A stretch of DNA of 53,851 bases from an uncultured Propionibacteriaceae bacterium (GTDB lineage Bacteria > Actinomycetota > Actinomycetes > Propionibacteriales > Propionibacteriaceae). The notes under the pieces are model-generated. The model was not told where the DNA came from. It made no database searches and saw nothing but the letters and a program-made list of their open reading frames with translations. A program made the translations under genes and the position numbers. Shown piece after piece: positions 28,648 through 38,939 of the stretch. The stretch's first letter is position 1; each line of letters opens with the position of its first letter. Location of the stretch: contig CAYMMF010000001.1 in assembly GCA_964391475.1 (NCBI GenBank), positions 1-53,851 on the forward strand. The letters are read 5' to 3'.

Positions 28648-28992
28648 ATGCAGGTGCTCCAGGAGGACGAAAAGGTTCCATCTCGAACGAGACCGCCGTT
28701 GTTGAATCCCCAAGAGGCAGAAACCACCAGCGAACTGTTTTCGCTACTGAGTTCCCCGGTTCGGGTCTCTATCCTCTGCCTACTGGCTGAGGCTGATCGC
28801 CCTGTCAACGAGTTAGTGTCTTGCCTTGAGATGTCTCAGCCGCGGATCTCCCAGCACTTGCGAATTCTGAGAAACCACCACGTGGTCAGAGCTCAACGCA
28901 AGGGTCGTGAGGTCATCTACTCGCTGGCGGACCAGCACTTAGCTGATCTGATCCACTCCGCATCAGCGCATCTATTCGCCTCTCGGGCTTGA
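28648..28992 (+). CDS. ArsR/SmtB-family transcriptional regulator
   Basis: LSSPVRVSIL, SQPRISQHLRILR, RKGREVIYSL; C-terminal DQH-x10-H alpha5-like site. Confidence 0.9.
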   Translation: MQVLQEDEKVPSRTRPPLLNPQEAETTSELFSLLSSPVRVSILCLLAEADRPVNELVSCLEMSQPRISQHLRILRNHHVVRAQRKGREVIYSLADQHLADLIHSASAHLFASRA

Positions 28993-29003
28993 ACACTGCA
29001 CTG

Positions 29004-30296
29004 TCACAAACTTGATTCACCAGTTTTCCTAGGTGCCCAGCTAACCAAGTTCGGGACGGAATCTGCCGCACGCGCCATCAGCCACGACCCTCCCCATACG
29101 AGCACTATCCCAAGTGTCGACAGCGGCTGCATCGGATGCAACACGGTGCCATTCCTCCACACAAGCAGGGTCCCGATTGTGAGGATCATGAATGCCCACA
29201 CTGCAGTCGATGTGCTTTGAACCCCACCGAGGCGGGGGATCAATCGCAACTCGATCCGCCCGATGAACGGCACCCCGAGCACCACCAATCCGAGCGCTCC
29301 GAATGCGACGGCTGCTTGCGACAGTGCGATCGAAGCGATCGTTGGGCTGAGTGTGGCGAGCCCAAACAGTAGGGCTCCGGTGATCAGGATGAATGGGATG
29401 TGCCAAAGGTATGCGGTGACCATGAGCGCGTTGATGATCGTCATCGCCTGCTCGGTCGTCAGGCTAACCCGGGCGAGCACGCCGCTTCTGTCCACTAACC
29501 CCAGCAGCCCGCACTGGGCGAGTGCCAAGAGCGCCATGGCCATTGACGGGGGGAGGACGTTAGCGACTGGAATGTTGGCAAATCCCACGGCAGCCGCCGG
29601 GTAGCCCAACGCGACTAGCCCGAGCACACCACTTGTTCCCACCAGCAATGCGGCGATCGGTTGCCACCTCGGGCCTGCACGGAACCAACCGCGTTGGTAA
29701 GCCAATCCGAACTGGTGAACCAACGGCCAGACGAAGACCATGTTGGCGTAGCGAAGGTCGGGGGTTTGCAGGGTGAACGACAAGGCGTCCACCGTCCATC
29801 CCGCAGCGGCTAAACCCACAATGACTTTCCAGGGGGCTTTGTCTTGCGCGCGGAGCAGCGCTGGGGCGGCCGCAACGATCACCAGGTACACGGCGATGAA
29901 CCACAGCAGTTGCATGAACTGGCGGCTCAGACTAGCGGCATCGTCCAACCATCCGGCCCACGCGAAGCCGCTTGCCAATGCCGTGCACACGGTGACGAAG
30001 AATACGAGCGGACCCACCAGACGCCGGCCACGGCTGGCCAGGTAGTGCCCATAACCCAAACCCTGCTGCTTCATACGGTCGAGGGTGACCGCTTGGGCGA
30101 ACCCCCCGGCAATGAAGAAGATCGGCATCACCATGGCGAACCAACTGGCAACCCACCACCCATGGCTGGGTGCCCAGGGGATGACCAACGGGCGTCCGTC
30201 TTCGATTCGGATCTGATAGAGCAGCCCGTGGAAAAGGACTACGACCACAACCGAAATCGCACGCGCCAGGTCAATCACGTGGTTGCGTTGTTTCAT
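29004..30296 (-). CDS. acyltransferase family 3 (membrane O-acyltransferase)
   Basis: RNHVIDLARAISVVVVVLFH, MPIFFIAGGF, LWFIAVY, YLWH; many TM helices. Confidence 0.85.
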   Translation of the reverse strand: MKQRNHVIDLARAISVVVVVLFHGLLYQIRIEDGRPLVIPWAPSHGWWVASWFAMVMPIFFIAGGFAQAVTLDRMKQQGLGYGHYLASRGRRLVGPLVFFVTVCTALASGFAWAGWLDDAASLSRQFMQLLWFIAVYLVIVAAAPALLRAQDKAPWKVIVGLAAAGWTVDALSFTLQTPDLRYANMVFVWPLVHQFGLAYQRGWFRAGPRWQPIAALLVGTSGVLGLVALGYPAAAVGFANIPVANVLPPSMAMALLALAQCGLLGLVDRSGVLARVSLTTEQAMTIINALMVTAYLWHIPFILITGALLFGLATLSPTIASIALSQAAVAFGALGLVVLGVPFIGRIELRLIPRLGGVQSTSTAVWAFMILTIGTLLVWRNGTVLHPMQPLSTLGIVLVWGGSWLMARAADSVPNLVSWAPRKTGESSL

Positions 30297-30357
30297 GATT
30301 CGTACATGCTAGACCGGTCGGGCGAAGTAACTTCGCGCAGGCCTTAGGGTGAGCCGT

Positions 30358-31293
30358 ATGGGTGCTGCTTTCACCGGATTCGCCACGATTTGGGTGGTGG
30401 TGGCACTCGGGTGGTTCTTGGCGCATCGTGGCATCGCAACTAGTCGCGACCAGCGGTTTTTGTCGAATCTTGCCTTCCTCGTCGCCATGCCAGCCTTGTT
30501 GTTCACCCTTGTCGCAAACGGTTCGCTGGAGCACCTCTTCGCCCAGACGCTGGTCGTGAACGTGCTGGCGATCGCAATCGTCGGCGGAACGTACCTGGTG
30601 ATTGCGCGGCTCGTGTTCCGTCCCGATCCTGGAACCTCGGTGATCGGTTTTCTGTCTTCTTGTTACACCAACGCCGGCAACCTGGGGCTCCCTATTGCGG
30701 CGCATCTTCTGGGAGACATGGCTTGGATGGCGCCGATCATGCTGGTGCAGGTAGGCGTCTTGCAGCCGATCGCTTTGGCATTGCTCGACATGGACAAGTC
30801 ACGACGAAGCGGTGAGCGGCTCAGTCTTTCCAGATACGTTTGGTTGCCCTTCCGGAACCCCATCACCGTCGGGATCGCATCGGGCTTGTTGGTCAACGTC
30901 ACAGGCGTCCAAGTGCCGCAGATAATCGCCGCACCGGTCAGCATGATCGGTGCGGCGACCGTGCCGATGATGCTGGTGGCTCTGGGGATTTCGTTGCGGC
31001 TTGATCCGCGGCCAGGCTCTGGTCCGCACGCGCGGGAGTTGTGGGTAATCCAAGCGTTGAAGGTGGTGGTGCACCCACTTGCTGCCTATCTGTTGGGCAG
31101 GTTCGCTTTCGGGTTATCCCCGCACGACTTGTACGCGGTCACCATTATCGCTGCTCTTCCAACTGCGCAGAACGTGTTCGTGATCGCATCGCGCTACCGC
31201 ATTGGGGAGGCGTTGGCACGCGACAGCGTGTTCTGGTCGACAGTGCTGTCTGTGATTGTCATCTTCGGGCTTGCTGCCATATTGGCGGCATGA
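30358..31293 (+). CDS. AEC (auxin efflux carrier) family transporter
   Basis: VAMPALLF, YTNAGNLGLPI, FRNPI, ALPTAQNVFV. Confidence 0.88.
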   Translation: MGAAFTGFATIWVVVALGWFLAHRGIATSRDQRFLSNLAFLVAMPALLFTLVANGSLEHLFAQTLVVNVLAIAIVGGTYLVIARLVFRPDPGTSVIGFLSSCYTNAGNLGLPIAAHLLGDMAWMAPIMLVQVGVLQPIALALLDMDKSRRSGERLSLSRYVWLPFRNPITVGIASGLLVNVTGVQVPQIIAAPVSMIGAATVPMMLVALGISLRLDPRPGSGPHARELWVIQALKVVVHPLAAYLLGRFAFGLSPHDLYAVTIIAALPTAQNVFVIASRYRIGEALARDSVFWSTVLSVIVIFGLAAILAA

Positions 31294-31309
31294 AGCTAGG
31301 TTGGGGGAT

Positions 31310-32185
31310 GTGAGCGAAGAATGGCCCACGACCTACTCGGTCTCCGATTTCGATCTCGATCGCAGCATCGAGCAGTCTTGGGTGTCGTTTGCCGAGCGTC
31401 TTGGTGAGGTGGTGTCGGTGATGGACGCCGGGGCGACCCTTCGAGTTGGCACGCTCGCGGGGGACCACGGCGAAAAACCGGCCTATGTTTCATTCACGTG
31501 TGGCCCGGACGGGCAACTCACTTGTACAGCAGCGGACGGCATCGACGCCGAACCGATCTGGCAGATGTCGGTGAACCAAGAGGAATCGGCTGAATTGGCC
31601 CGGGGTGCTGTCGAAGTACTGCGGGAAAAGTTCAGCGTGCCGCACCCAGCGTTCCTTGCACCGGATCAGTTGGCGGACGTACTGACCCCAGGATCGAGTG
31701 CTGACGGGTTGGGTGGCTACCACCCAGAAGATCTCCGAGCGATCGTCCCGAAGTCGAGGGCGCACCTCATGGGCATCCTCCAGGAGCGGCTGACCGGTTT
31801 CTTGGGCCATCCGCCATTGCGAGACGCAGATGGCGATTTTGGGCTCCGCGTCGGATCGGCAATGGTGTTCGTTCGGGTGACGCCGGACGCGAAAGAAGTC
31901 ATCGTGTTCTCAGCAGTCGTCCACGACGTGGAGGGCAGATCACGCGCGATGGAGGTGCTCTCCGATCTGAACACGGACGCCCGGTTCGTCCGCTTCTTCT
32001 TGATCCGGGACCGGGTGTTTGTGAGCATGTCGATCTTCTCGAACCCATTCGTCCCAGCCCATCTGGATCAGGCTCTGAAGATCGTGTCTTTGATCTCTGA
32101 CCAGATCGACAGCCAGTTAGCCATGAAACTTCGGGGCAGAACCACTTTCGGTGAGGAAGATCACCATCGCGATGGTGGAATGTGA
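31310..32185 (+). CDS. YbjN/T3SS-chaperone-like (TY-Chap type) protein
   Basis: FDLDRS..W..F..RL N-terminal pattern, VPHPAFL, C-terminal DADGDFGLRVGSAMVFVRV YbjN-like fold; family recognised from memory. Confidence 0.6.
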   Translation: MSEEWPTTYSVSDFDLDRSIEQSWVSFAERLGEVVSVMDAGATLRVGTLAGDHGEKPAYVSFTCGPDGQLTCTAADGIDAEPIWQMSVNQEESAELARGAVEVLREKFSVPHPAFLAPDQLADVLTPGSSADGLGGYHPEDLRAIVPKSRAHLMGILQERLTGFLGHPPLRDADGDFGLRVGSAMVFVRVTPDAKEVIVFSAVVHDVEGRSRAMEVLSDLNTDARFVRFFLIRDRVFVSMSIFSNPFVPAHLDQALKIVSLISDQIDSQLAMKLRGRTTFGEEDHHRDGGM

Positions 32186-32195
32186 ATCTAACCAA

Positions 32196-32210
32196 GCGAT
32201 GGCTCATCGC
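32196..32210. terminator. short hairpin after the YbjN-like gene
   Basis: GCGATG-GCT-CATCGC. Confidence 0.35.
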
Positions 32211-32284
32211 AAGCCCTGCCTAGGCCTATAGTTGGTGCCGGACACTCCTTGTCATCCCACTCTCCGATTGATTGGAGGAACGCA

Positions 32285-33163
32285 ATGCCCGCCGCGATTG
32301 CCCCAAAGGTCCTCGTCGGATACGACGGATCGGACGACGGTAAAGCAGCTATCGAGTTCGCTGTCGGAGAGGCGCTGCTGCGAGATGCCGACCTTCACAT
32401 CGTGTACGCCATAGATGACACAGTGCTCAGTAGTGCCTGGGGCATCATGCTCGACGTAGACCAAGTGCGCACCATCGCAACGGAACTGGTGGGGGAAGCC
32501 CGCGAGGTTGCCAAAGGCTTCGGCTTCAACCCAGATCGGCTGTCCGGTGAGACCATCGTGGGACAGCCAGCCACTGTCTTAGGTGAGGCTAGCAAACGTG
32601 CCGTGTTGTTGGTGGTTGGACGAAGGTCCACGACTGGTTCGGAGGGGATGTTCACCGGATCAACTGCGGTCGGAGTGGTGGGCATTTCGGAATGCCCCGT
32701 GGTGGTGGTTTCGGCTGTGAACCCGAGCCCGACAGTTCGGCACGGCGAGATCGGTGTCGGCGTAGATCCGGCCGGTCACAACGTGCTCGCCATCGAATGG
32801 GCGATGGCTCGAGCGCAGCGGCTTGCCGCGAGGGTGAGGCTTGTCGCCGGGATCGAGGACGGCGGTGTCGCCCGCCTTTTCGGCCGCAAGTTGTCTCCAG
32901 AACAGCGGGAGTCGGCACTGGTTGAAGCCCACGACAAGGTTGCAGCGTTGGCAGCGCCATTCATGGACAAGTACGACGATGTCGACGTGCTGATCAGCGT
33001 CCACGACGGTGAGCCTGTGCCTGTCCTATTGAAGGTGAGCCAGGAGGTCGATCTTCTGATCCTGGGTGCCAGTCAGCGAATGATGGGCTTCGGGGTCGGC
33101 GGCGTCCTGCGCGGGATGATGGCGCATGCCCACTGCCCCTTGGGAATCGTCCGGCACCGCTGA
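32285..33163 (+). CDS. tandem-domain universal stress protein
   Basis: VLVGYDGS, LLVVGRR, GSTA, CPVVVV, then a second domain IGVGVD...HAHCPLGIV; GGAGG RBS. Confidence 0.92.
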   Translation: MPAAIAPKVLVGYDGSDDGKAAIEFAVGEALLRDADLHIVYAIDDTVLSSAWGIMLDVDQVRTIATELVGEAREVAKGFGFNPDRLSGETIVGQPATVLGEASKRAVLLVVGRRSTTGSEGMFTGSTAVGVVGISECPVVVVSAVNPSPTVRHGEIGVGVDPAGHNVLAIEWAMARAQRLAARVRLVAGIEDGGVARLFGRKLSPEQRESALVEAHDKVAALAAPFMDKYDDVDVLISVHDGEPVPVLLKVSQEVDLLILGASQRMMGFGVGGVLRGMMAHAHCPLGIVRHR

Positions 33164-33181
33164 AGTCGGGAACCACCGATA

Positions 33182-33232
33182 CGGCGCTTCGCGCCGACGG
33201 CGTTCTAATACAACACCCGAGGATTCGCCTCG
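33182..33232. terminator. two hairpins between the convergent USP and LDT genes
   Basis: CGGCGC-TTC-GCGCCG (33182-33196) and CGAGG-ATTCG-CCTCG (33218-33232). Confidence 0.5.
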
Positions 33233-33240
33233 TGGCGGGG

Positions 33241-34200
33241 TCAGTAAATGTAGACGTGCGCTCCGATTGGGGTGCGTTTGAACAACCACTTGGCGTCGTC
33301 TAGCGAACCAACGTTTACACACCCGTGGCTTGACGTGCTGTATCCGCGTCGGTTGAAGTCGCCGCTGTAGTGCACGTACATGTTCGGATCGAAAATGACG
33401 CTGTATGGCATTGCTCCAGAGCCGTAGTTCTCCGACGGTGGGTTGACGTGCTTGGTGTAGACCTTGAACAAGCCGTTAGCAGTGGGGAAAACTCGCCACA
33501 CCCCGGTTTTGGCGTGTGAGGTGTACCCGCCTGTGCGGATCCTGACGGTCTTTTTGACCTCGCCGTCCTTGACGAACCTTAGTTTCTCGTGGCCTTGATC
33601 TACACAAAGCACGACGCCCGGAAGGTTGCATTCCGGCGGGAGCGTTTTCGGACGGGCAGGCTTCTCGGAAGCCAGGGCGTACCAGGTTTGCTCGTCCACC
33701 TCCCCGGTGGGTTTCAGATCACGGGAGCGCTGGTATCGCAGTATCGAGTTGGTGGCCGGCACCCCAACTCGGGTTGTGACCTTCCCTGGAAGCATCTTCA
33801 GCTTCCTGAGTTCTTTTTGCACAAGTTCGGCGCAGCGTCCCTTGGACCAGGTTGACACCTTCTTGTCTAGGCAAGCGCCGAAGCGCTTCTGCTGGGAATC
33901 GCTGAGGACAGGCAAGGGCGGGGGAGTCTTCGGATCCTTCCACCTGCGTACTCCCAGGGTTTTGTTTGCGACCAGCGACGGTTTAGGGGTGGGTTTCGCC
34001 TCGGCCTGAGTCGGCGTTGGTACAGGTCTTTCGGGCGGTATCGCTAGAGGTATTAGTTGCGCGTTGGGGGTAGGGGTTTGGGACGCGGCGGGCTGAGGGG
34101 CTGCGTTGAAACTGTCGGCAGGGGTTACGGAGTCACCGCTTTGTAATGCGAACACCACGATAACCGGCGCCAGAATGAAGGCAGCTTTGGCGGCTCTCAT
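33241..34200 (-). CDS. secreted L,D-transpeptidase with a peptidoglycan-binding domain
   Basis: Signal peptide, Pro-rich linker, YQRSRDLKPTGEVDEQTW PG-binding motif, H-x14-SHGCVN catalytic motif. Confidence 0.9.
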   Translation of the reverse strand: MRAAKAAFILAPVIVVFALQSGDSVTPADSFNAAPQPAASQTPTPNAQLIPLAIPPERPVPTPTQAEAKPTPKPSLVANKTLGVRRWKDPKTPPPLPVLSDSQQKRFGACLDKKVSTWSKGRCAELVQKELRKLKMLPGKVTTRVGVPATNSILRYQRSRDLKPTGEVDEQTWYALASEKPARPKTLPPECNLPGVVLCVDQGHEKLRFVKDGEVKKTVRIRTGGYTSHAKTGVWRVFPTANGLFKVYTKHVNPPSENYGSGAMPYSVIFDPNMYVHYSGDFNRRGYSTSSHGCVNVGSLDDAKWLFKRTPIGAHVYIY

Positions 34201-34289
34201 GCACCACTCCTGGGGAAAGAAGACACTGTCTAGGTGACAGGATACGTTGTTGTCGTTTCCAGCGCTTCGGCCAGTAGGCTGGGTCGGCT

Positions 34290-37200
34290 ATGTCCGAGCC
34301 CTACCATGTGACTTTCGACGACGCCTTACCTATCGCAGCCGCCGTCGATCAGATCCGCACGGCGCTACTCGCCCACCAGGTGATCATCGTTGCTGGCGAG
34401 ACTGGTTCGGGGAAGACAACCCAACTACCGAAGATCTGCCTGTTGGCTGGAAAAACCAAGATCGGGCACACCCAGCCTCGTCGGATCGCGGCGCGTTCGG
34501 TCGCCGAGAGGATCGCTTTCGAACTCGGTGTGGAACTTGGCGACACTGTCGGCTATCAGGTTCGTTTCACTAAAAAGGTGTCGCAGCAAACCACCATCAA
34601 GTTGATGACTGACGGAATTTTGTTGGCCGAGATTTCCCACGACCGCGATCTGCGTGACTACGACACCATCATCATCGACGAAGCCCACGAGCGTAGTCTG
34701 AATATCGACTTCCTACTGGGTTACCTAAAGCAGTTACTTCCGAGGCGTCCCGACCTGTCAGTGATCGTGACGTCCGCGACGATCGATACCGCGCGATTCG
34801 CCTCCCACTTCGATGACGCACCGGTGATTGAGGTTTCGGGACGCACGTACCCAGTCGACATCGTCTACGACCCACCTCAACCAACGCAAGACGACATCGA
34901 ACCCATCTGCGAGGCAGTGAGCACACTGCATGGGATCGGTGGTGGCGACATCCTGGTTTTCTTGTCGGGGGAGCGAGAGATTCGAGATACCGCAGCAGCC
35001 ATTACTGCACTGAAGTTGAGGGATCTCGAGGTTCTGCCGTTGTACGCTCGGCTCTCTTCGGCCGAGCAGAACCGGGTCTTTCAGCCGCATCGGGGGACGC
35101 GCGTAGTGCTGGCGACGAACGTTGCTGAAACCTCACTGACGGTTCCCGGAATTCGTTTCGTGGTAGATCCGGGATTCGCCAGAATCTCTCGGTATTCGGT
35201 GCGTACCAAAGTCCAGCGCCTTCCCATAGAACAGGTTTCCCAGGCGTCCGCGAACCAACGTGCCGGACGCTGCGGGCGGTTGGGGCCCGGGGTGGCGATC
35301 AGGCTCTACAGTCAGGACGACTTCGAGGCTCGCCCGGAGTTCACAGAACCCGAGATCCTGCGCACGAACCTAGCCAGCGTCATCTTGCAGATGATGGACG
35401 CCCGACTGGGCCGGATCGAGGACTTTCCCTTCGTGGAGGCGCCGGATCAGCGTCAGGTGCGCGACGGTGTCCGCCTTCTCGAAGAGCTGGGGGCGATCGA
35501 AACGCAGGGTGCCCAACCTCGCCTGACAAAGACCGGACGCCTGCTTGCCAGGCTCCCAGTCGATCCTCGACTAGGACGGATGCTGGTGGAAGGCAGCCGC
35601 CTGGGGGTGCTGTCCGATCTCCTCCCGATAGTCGCCGCCTTGGCGATCCCGGATGTGCGCGAAAGACCTGCTGAGCATCAGCAAGCAGCAGACACGCTGC
35701 ATCGGCGGTTTCAGACGCCGTTCGGTGAAGCGGACGCCCGACGTGATCCGTCCGATGTGATGTCGATCTATCGGTTGTGGAATTACCTGCGCACTCAGCA
35801 GAAGGTGATGTCTGGAAACGCGTTTCGGCGCATGTGTAGGCAGGAGTACCTGAATTTCCTGCGGATTCGCGAGTGGCAAGATCTGGTGAGTCAGCTTCGC
35901 CAGATTGTCCGGGAGCTGGGTATGTCGAACGGCCACAGGCCAGATTCCAAGACTGTCGATGTTGATGGGGTCAGCACTGCGGTGCTGGCGGGGTTGCTCT
36001 CGCACGTCGGTCTGAAAGACTCACCGTCCGGCAAGGGGAAAGGCCGGCGAAACATCACGGAGTACCTGGGAGCTCGAGGGACTCGATTCTCCATTCAACC
36101 TGGGTCTGCCGCAGCGAAGGCCGAGCCGGAGTTGGTGATGGCTGTGGAGTTGGTGGAGACCACGCGGTTGTGGGCGCGCACCGTAGCCCCGATTCGAGTC
36201 GAGTGGATTGAGCAGGTTGGGGCCCATCTGCTAAAGCGCCAGTACTCAGAGCCACGCTGGTCGGCCGCCGGTGGCCAGTGCGTTGCGAGCGAGAAGGTCA
36301 CTCTGCTCGGGGTGCCGATTGTTGCCGGACGCATAGTCAGCTACCAGCGAATTGACCCGGTGGTTTCTCGACAACTTTTCATTCAGTCTGCGCTGGTCGA
36401 AGGTCAATGGCGTACTAGGCACCGGTTCTTCGCTCGCAACGAGCAGTTGCGAACGCGCGCAGAAGAACTGGAGGAGCGAACCAGAAGACGCGACCTTGTT
36501 GTGACCGACGCTACGATCTTTGCCTTCTACGACGAGCGGATTCCGTCCAAGGTGACGTCTGTCGCGCATTTCGATCGATGGTGGCGTGACACTCGTCGCA
36601 CGGAACCGCACTTGCTCGACCTGAATCTTGATGACCTGATGGCCGAGGATGCAGCACCTCCTGAGCAGGGGCAGTTCCCGGACATGTGGGTGTTCGGGGA
36701 GCACTCGCTACCGGTTAGCTACACCTTCTCGCCGGGGTCTGGCCACGACGGTGTGAGCGTCGACGTGGACGTCAGCGTGCTCAACCAGGTGGACGCCGCT
36801 CCCTTCACTTGGCAGGTGCCTGGTTTACGCACCGAACTCGGCAGCGAACTGATCCGGAGGTTACCCAAGGCGGTACGCACTCGCTACGTTCCTGCACCGG
36901 ATTGGGCGGGTCGAGCTTTGGTGTGGCTCGATGAGCATCCGCAGTCTCAGGGGACGCCGTTCCCCAAGGCGTTCGCGACAGCGCTGACCGCGCTGGGCGG
37001 GGAGCCGCTCACCGCCGAGCAGTTCGACACCGACGCACTGCCGGATCACCTACACGTCCGGTATGTGATAACCGATGGCGATTCGGAACTTGGGGCGGGA
37101 AAGAACTTCGACGAACTCAAGCGGGAGTTTGCGCCAGCTCTTAGCGAGCGTCTCAATACCGACGCCAACCTGACCCATGAAGGCGCCCGCGATTGGCAGT

Positions 37201-38033
37201 TCGGAGCGCTACCCGAGCAGACCGAGATCACCGCATCAGGACGCACGTTGGTCGGCTATCCAGCGCTGGTGGATCAAGGCGACTCAGTGGGAGTGCACAT
37301 CCATGCCAACGAGGCGTCGGCACGTCGAAGCCACGCGCTAGGGATCAGGCGGCTCCTCACCCTCGTTAGCCCAGACCCAACCAGGTGGGTTTTCGCCCAT
37401 CTGTCTAATGAAGCCCGACTGGCGTTGGGATCGTCTCCGTACCCAAGTTTGCCCGCATTGCTCGCAGACGCGCGACTTCGAGCGACCGGAGACCTGATCG
37501 CCAAGGCAGTGCCGGATCCGAGCGTCGTGCGGGACGCGGTGGTGTTCGGCAGTCTCGTAAACCAGGTGCGTCCGGACGCGGCGGACACCATGGACAGGGT
37601 TGTCGAACGCGCTGCCCGGATTCTGGCTCGCTACCACCGGGTTCGGCGTTTCCTGGACGACGCCCCTCAAAACCCCTCGCGAGACGATGTAGCTGCTCAA
37701 CTTGAGAACCTCATTTTTCCTGGGTTCATCGCTGCCATTGCCGAACCGCACTACGGACGCCTTGAAACGTACCTGCATGCCGTCGAATTGCGGATGCTGG
37801 CGTGGGCGTCCCATCCGGCGCGTGAGGCGTCCGGTCTTGCTCTGATCACCGAGTTGGAGGATGCCTTCGACGCAGCCACTTCCCGGTACGAGATCGGTAG
37901 CCTTCCAGCTCAGGCCGACGCAGTCGGCTGGCTCCTGGAAGAATTGAGAGTCAGCTTGTTTGCGCAGCAGTTGGGAACTAGCCAACCCGTTTCAGCGAAA
38001 CGACTTCGAGCGGCGATCGCCACTCTGCCCTGA
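34290..38033 (+). CDS. hrpA: ATP-dependent RNA helicase HrpA
   Basis: GETGSGKTTQ, DEAH, SAT, QRAGRCGR, C-terminal EELRVSLFAQQLGT. Confidence 0.97.
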   Translation: MSEPYHVTFDDALPIAAAVDQIRTALLAHQVIIVAGETGSGKTTQLPKICLLAGKTKIGHTQPRRIAARSVAERIAFELGVELGDTVGYQVRFTKKVSQQTTIKLMTDGILLAEISHDRDLRDYDTIIIDEAHERSLNIDFLLGYLKQLLPRRPDLSVIVTSATIDTARFASHFDDAPVIEVSGRTYPVDIVYDPPQPTQDDIEPICEAVSTLHGIGGGDILVFLSGEREIRDTAAAITALKLRDLEVLPLYARLSSAEQNRVFQPHRGTRVVLATNVAETSLTVPGIRFVVDPGFARISRYSVRTKVQRLPIEQVSQASANQRAGRCGRLGPGVAIRLYSQDDFEARPEFTEPEILRTNLASVILQMMDARLGRIEDFPFVEAPDQRQVRDGVRLLEELGAIETQGAQPRLTKTGRLLARLPVDPRLGRMLVEGSRLGVLSDLLPIVAALAIPDVRERPAEHQQAADTLHRRFQTPFGEADARRDPSDVMSIYRLWNYLRTQQKVMSGNAFRRMCRQEYLNFLRIREWQDLVSQLRQIVRELGMSNGHRPDSKTVDVDGVSTAVLAGLLSHVGLKDSPSGKGKGRRNITEYLGARGTRFSIQPGSAAAKAEPELVMAVELVETTRLWARTVAPIRVEWIEQVGAHLLKRQYSEPRWSAAGGQCVASEKVTLLGVPIVAGRIVSYQRIDPVVSRQLFIQSALVEGQWRTRHRFFARNEQLRTRAEELEERTRRRDLVVTDATIFAFYDERIPSKVTSVAHFDRWWRDTRRTEPHLLDLNLDDLMAEDAAPPEQGQFPDMWVFGEHSLPVSYTFSPGSGHDGVSVDVDVSVLNQVDAAPFTWQVPGLRTELGSELIRRLPKAVRTRYVPAPDWAGRALVWLDEHPQSQGTPFPKAFATALTALGGEPLTAEQFDTDALPDHLHVRYVITDGDSELGAGKNFDELKREFAPALSERLNTDANLTHEGARDWQFGALPEQTEITASGRTLVGYPALVDQGDSVGVHIHANEASARRSHALGIRRLLTLVSPDPTRWVFAHLSNEARLALGSSPYPSLPALLADARLRATGDLIAKAVPDPSVVRDAVVFGSLVNQVRPDAADTMDRVVERAARILARYHRVRRFLDDAPQNPSRDDVAAQLENLIFPGFIAAIAEPHYGRLETYLHAVELRMLAWASHPAREASGLALITELEDAFDAATSRYEIGSLPAQADAVGWLLEELRVSLFAQQLGTSQPVSAKRLRAAIATLP

Positions 38034-38046
38034 GTAGAGTGGCCGT

Positions 38047-38937
38047 GTGATTGATCCAGGCGAGTTGTACGAGGTGGACGAAACGGCTCTAGAAAGCCTC
38101 TATGGGGTTCAACTACCCATGATGGTTTTGCTGGACGGGTTCGTGGACGCCGGCCAATCCACTCGGCTGCTGGCTGAACACCTCGGTTCACTTGGGCCTC
38201 GTCGGCGTCTTGTGACGTTCGATCACGACCAACTCCATGACTACCGTGCCCGAAGGCCACCGATGGTTTTCGACGCTAACCAGTGGGTCTCGTTGGAGCT
38301 GTTTTCGCTTTCGATCGACATTGTGGACGCCCCAACCAACCCCTTCTTGCTCTTCAGCGGCCCCGAGCCAGACACCCAGTGGGAACGGGCGACCGCCGCA
38401 GTGCTTCAGGTGGCTCAGCAGGTCGGGGTTTCGGAATTCATCAGCGCCGGCAGCATTCCGAGCACTGTGCCGCACACCCGTCCGGTGCTTATCACCGAAC
38501 ACGCCACTGACCCCGAGATCGTGTCGAACAAGTCGGTTTGGTTGCCGCGAATCACTGTTCCGGGCAGCTTCGTCGGCATGCTGGAGTATTTGGCCGGACG
38601 CCACGACAAGCTGGCCAGGGGATTCGTTGCCCACGTGCCTCACTACTTGGCGCAGGGCACCTACGCTCCGGGGTGGATCGCCCTGCTCACCCAGTTTGAA
38701 GAGGTCACCGGTTTCGATCTGGGGCTTGGCATGGTTGAGGAGGACGCCGAGATGGCCCTGGCGGCGATCGAGGCTGAGACCTCGGCAGACCCTGATCTGC
38801 AGCACCTGGTGACGAGCCTTGAAGAACAGTACTCAGAATTCTCCAAGAGAGGTCAGACTGCGGTGCCCAGCCTTGATGAGATCGGTAGGGCTGTTGAACA
38901 GTTCTTGGCAGAGCAGACCCCAGACGAGGAGGATTGA
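38047..38937 (+). CDS. PAC2-family (proteasome assembly chaperone-like) protein
   Basis: GFVDAG, DYRARRP, GPEPDTQW, VPHTRP, HVPHYL, LEEQY. Confidence 0.88.
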   Translation: MIDPGELYEVDETALESLYGVQLPMMVLLDGFVDAGQSTRLLAEHLGSLGPRRRLVTFDHDQLHDYRARRPPMVFDANQWVSLELFSLSIDIVDAPTNPFLLFSGPEPDTQWERATAAVLQVAQQVGVSEFISAGSIPSTVPHTRPVLITEHATDPEIVSNKSVWLPRITVPGSFVGMLEYLAGRHDKLARGFVAHVPHYLAQGTYAPGWIALLTQFEEVTGFDLGLGMVEEDAEMALAAIEAETSADPDLQHLVTSLEEQYSEFSKRGQTAVPSLDEIGRAVEQFLAEQTPDEED

Positions 38938-38939
38938 CC

